A stretch of DNA of 64,000 nucleotides. Origin: Hypanus sabinus (Eukaryota). Numbering within the stretch: the first letter of the stretch is position 1; each line of letters opens with the position of its first letter. The position numbers and the translations under genes were made by a program. This document shows, piece after piece, positions 61,790-64,000 of the stretch. Under the pieces are notes generated by a model, which saw only the letters and a program-made list of their open reading frames with translations, was not told the origin of the DNA and did no database searches. The DNA is taken from positions 155,372,001-155,436,000 of the forward strand of contig NC_082707.1 of assembly GCF_030144855.1 (NCBI RefSeq), read 5' to 3'.

Positions 61790-64000
61790 TCAGAACTGGA
61801 AAAAAAGATGAGAAGTCAGAGTAAGAAGGTGGGGGAGGGAAGAAGGACATTCAAGGTGGTTGGTGATGGATGAAACTGGGTGCCGGGGTGGGGGTGAAGT
61901 AAAGCACTCGGAAGTTGATTTGTGAAAGACATAAAGGGCTGGAGGAGGGGGAATCTGAGAGGTAGAAACTCATGGAAAAAAGGAAAGGAGGTGAATCATG
62001 AGAGGGAAGTGATGGCAGGTAAGGAGATAAGGGCAAACACGAATGGGGAATGGCAAGTGAAGGGGGGCAATTATAGGGAGTTTGAGGAATCAATGTTCAT
62101 GCCTTCAGGCTGGAGGCTACCCAGAGGGAATACAAGGTGTTGCTCCTCCAACCTATGTGGCCTCATCAGGGCAGTAAAGGAGGCCATGGAGTGACATTTT
62201 GGAAAAGGAATAGGAAATAGAATTGAAATAGGTGGCTACCAGGAGATCCTGCTTTATCTGGTCAACTAAGCATAGGTTTTCGACTGTGGTCTTCCAGTCT
62301 ACGTCAGGTATCACTGATATACAGGAGGCCACACAAGGAGCACCAAATACAGTAAATGACCCCAACAGACTCACAGGTGAAGTGTCAGCTCACTTGGAAG
62401 GACTGTTTGGGGCCCTGAATGGTAGTGAGAGAGGAAGCATAGAGGCAAGAGTAGCACTTGTTCTGCTTGCAAGGATGAGTACCAGGAGGGAGGTCTGTGG
62501 CAAGGGATGAATGTGCAAGGATGTTGCTTAGGGAGCAGAAAGTGGAAAGTTGGTGGGGGTAGGGGTTGGGGAAGGACATATGTGCTTGGTGGTGGAATCC
62601 CATTGGAGATGGCAGAAGTTACAGAGAATTATATGATGGATGCAGAATTTTGTGGGATGGTAGCTGAAGACAAGAGGAACACCATCCCTGGTGTGCCAGT
62701 GGGAGGATAGACATTCGTGAAATGGAAAAGATGCAGATGAGGGTATCATTGACAGTGGAAGAAGGAAAATCACTTTATTTGAAGAAGGAGGACATCCCAT
62801 TTGTTCTGGAAAGAAAAGCCTCATCCTGCGAGGAAAAATGTAGCAGAGACAGAGGAACTAAGAGAAGGGGGTAGCATTTTTATAAGGGACAGGGTAAGAA
62901 GAAGTATAGTCCAGGTAGTTATGAGGATCAGTGAGGTATAAAAGGTATCAATAGATAGACTGCCTCCAGAGATAGAGACAGAGAGATTGAGAAAGAGGAA
63001 GGAGGTGTTGGAAATGGACCAAGTAAATTTGAGGGCAGGGTGGAAATTGGAGGCAAATTTGATGAAGCTGACAAGCTCAGCATGGGTGCAAGAAGCTGCA
63101 CCAATGCAGTCGTTGATGTAACATAGAAAGAGTTGGGGAGCGATACCAGTATAGGCTTGGAAAGTGGACTGTTCGACATAGCTGATGAAAAAGCAAGCAT
63201 AGCTGTGACCCTTGTAAGTGCCCATGGCTACACCTTTGGTTTGAAGCAAGTGGGAGGAGCTGAAGAAGAAATTATAGAGGGTATCCAATTCTGCCAGATG
63301 AAGGAGAGTGGTGATGTAAGGGAACTGGTTTGGTCTGTTGTCCAGAAGCAGAGAGCTTTAACGCCTTCCTGATGGGGGAGTGGGGTGTGAATATCCACAG
63401 TGAAAATGAGACAATGGGGGCCAAGGAACTTGAACTCATTGAAAAGATCCAGAATGTGTGAAGTGCCACAGATGTAGGTAGGAAGGGACTGAACTAGGGG
63501 GAATGAAATAGTTGAGATATGCAGATATAAGTTCATTGGGGCAGAAACAAGCAGAAATAGGTCTACCTGGATGGGCAGGTTTATGGATCTTGGGTAAGAG
63601 ATAGTAACAGGAGATGCAGGGCAAGGGAGGGCAAGGGAGGTTTGTGGCAGATCCCCAGAGTCAATAAGGTTGATGTTGGTGGGGGAGACAATAGTCTGGT
63701 GCTCCTTAGTGGGGTCCTGTTCGAGGGGTAAGTAAGAGGAGGAGTCTTAGAGTTGTCACTTGGCTTCACCAAGGTAGAGGTCAGTTCTTCAGACCACTAC
63801 AGCACCCTCCCTTATCTGCAGATTTAATGGTGAGGTTAGGAATAATGCAAAGACAGTGGAGAGCAGCACGTTCAGAAGGAGTGTGGTTAGAATTGGAGAG
63901 AGGAGCGGCAAAGTCAAGACAGTTGATGTCTCATCGGCAGACAGCAATAAAAAAAATAAAAAGCAGGCAGAAAGCTAGAGCAGTGCATCCAGGAAGAGGA
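61790..64000 (-). mobile_element. Penelope-like retroelement (RT + GIY-YIG), degenerate, runs off the window edge
   Basis: ADKG.AVVV, YLLPKIHKPAHPGRPI, QTKGVAMGT..HSYAC, YIND (from YIDD), NFHPALKFTW, and a frameshifted IYCI.CS.CGLLYI GIY-YIG motif near 62300-62355. Confidence 0.92.

Noticed and set aside
1-64000. CRISPR arrays, tRNA/rRNA genes, operons or prokaryotic defence systems
   Set aside because: None seen. The DNA is vertebrate intron/exon sequence, the RT and esterase ORFs belong to known non-LTR retrotransposons, and the pol III boxes belong to SINEs.

Overview
Eukaryotic, AT-rich, transposon-dense genomic DNA. The repeat content (HE1/V-SINE-like SINEs, CR1, Rex1/Babar, Penelope, L1, RTE) points to a cartilaginous fish (shark, ray or skate). 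No prokaryotic features are present. The window lies inside a minus-strand KIAA0586/TALPID3 orthologue (ciliogenesis, centriole distal end). Five coding exons were read manually, with GT-AG boundaries and matching phases (44122-44188, 38739-38916, 28091-28327, 20600-20804, 18173-18340), plus a probable upstream exon (56916-56991). The gene most likely continues beyond both window edges. The introns hold: a full-length 6.08-kb L1 with a 16-bp TSD and a 5' YY1 motif; an inverted 5'-truncated copy of the same L1 with a 17-bp TSD; a near-complete CR1 (zinc-finger/zipper plus esterase ORF1, APE-RT ORF2); Rex1/Babar, RTE and Penelope relics, some with minimal hammerhead motifs; a Tc1 element; a 114-bp hAT MITE; and V-SINEs. 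Nearly all supplied ORFs are TE fragments or noise. The most interesting observations are the inverted L1 pair bracketing two TALPID3 exons (circRNA, editing or skipping substrate), promoter-like repeats and an antisense YY1 motif in the L1 inter-ORF spacer, an apparent twin-priming 5' inversion in an RTE-related element, and candidate microexons. I found no evidence for a wholly new gene system. All homology calls come from recalled sequence motifs, not database searches.
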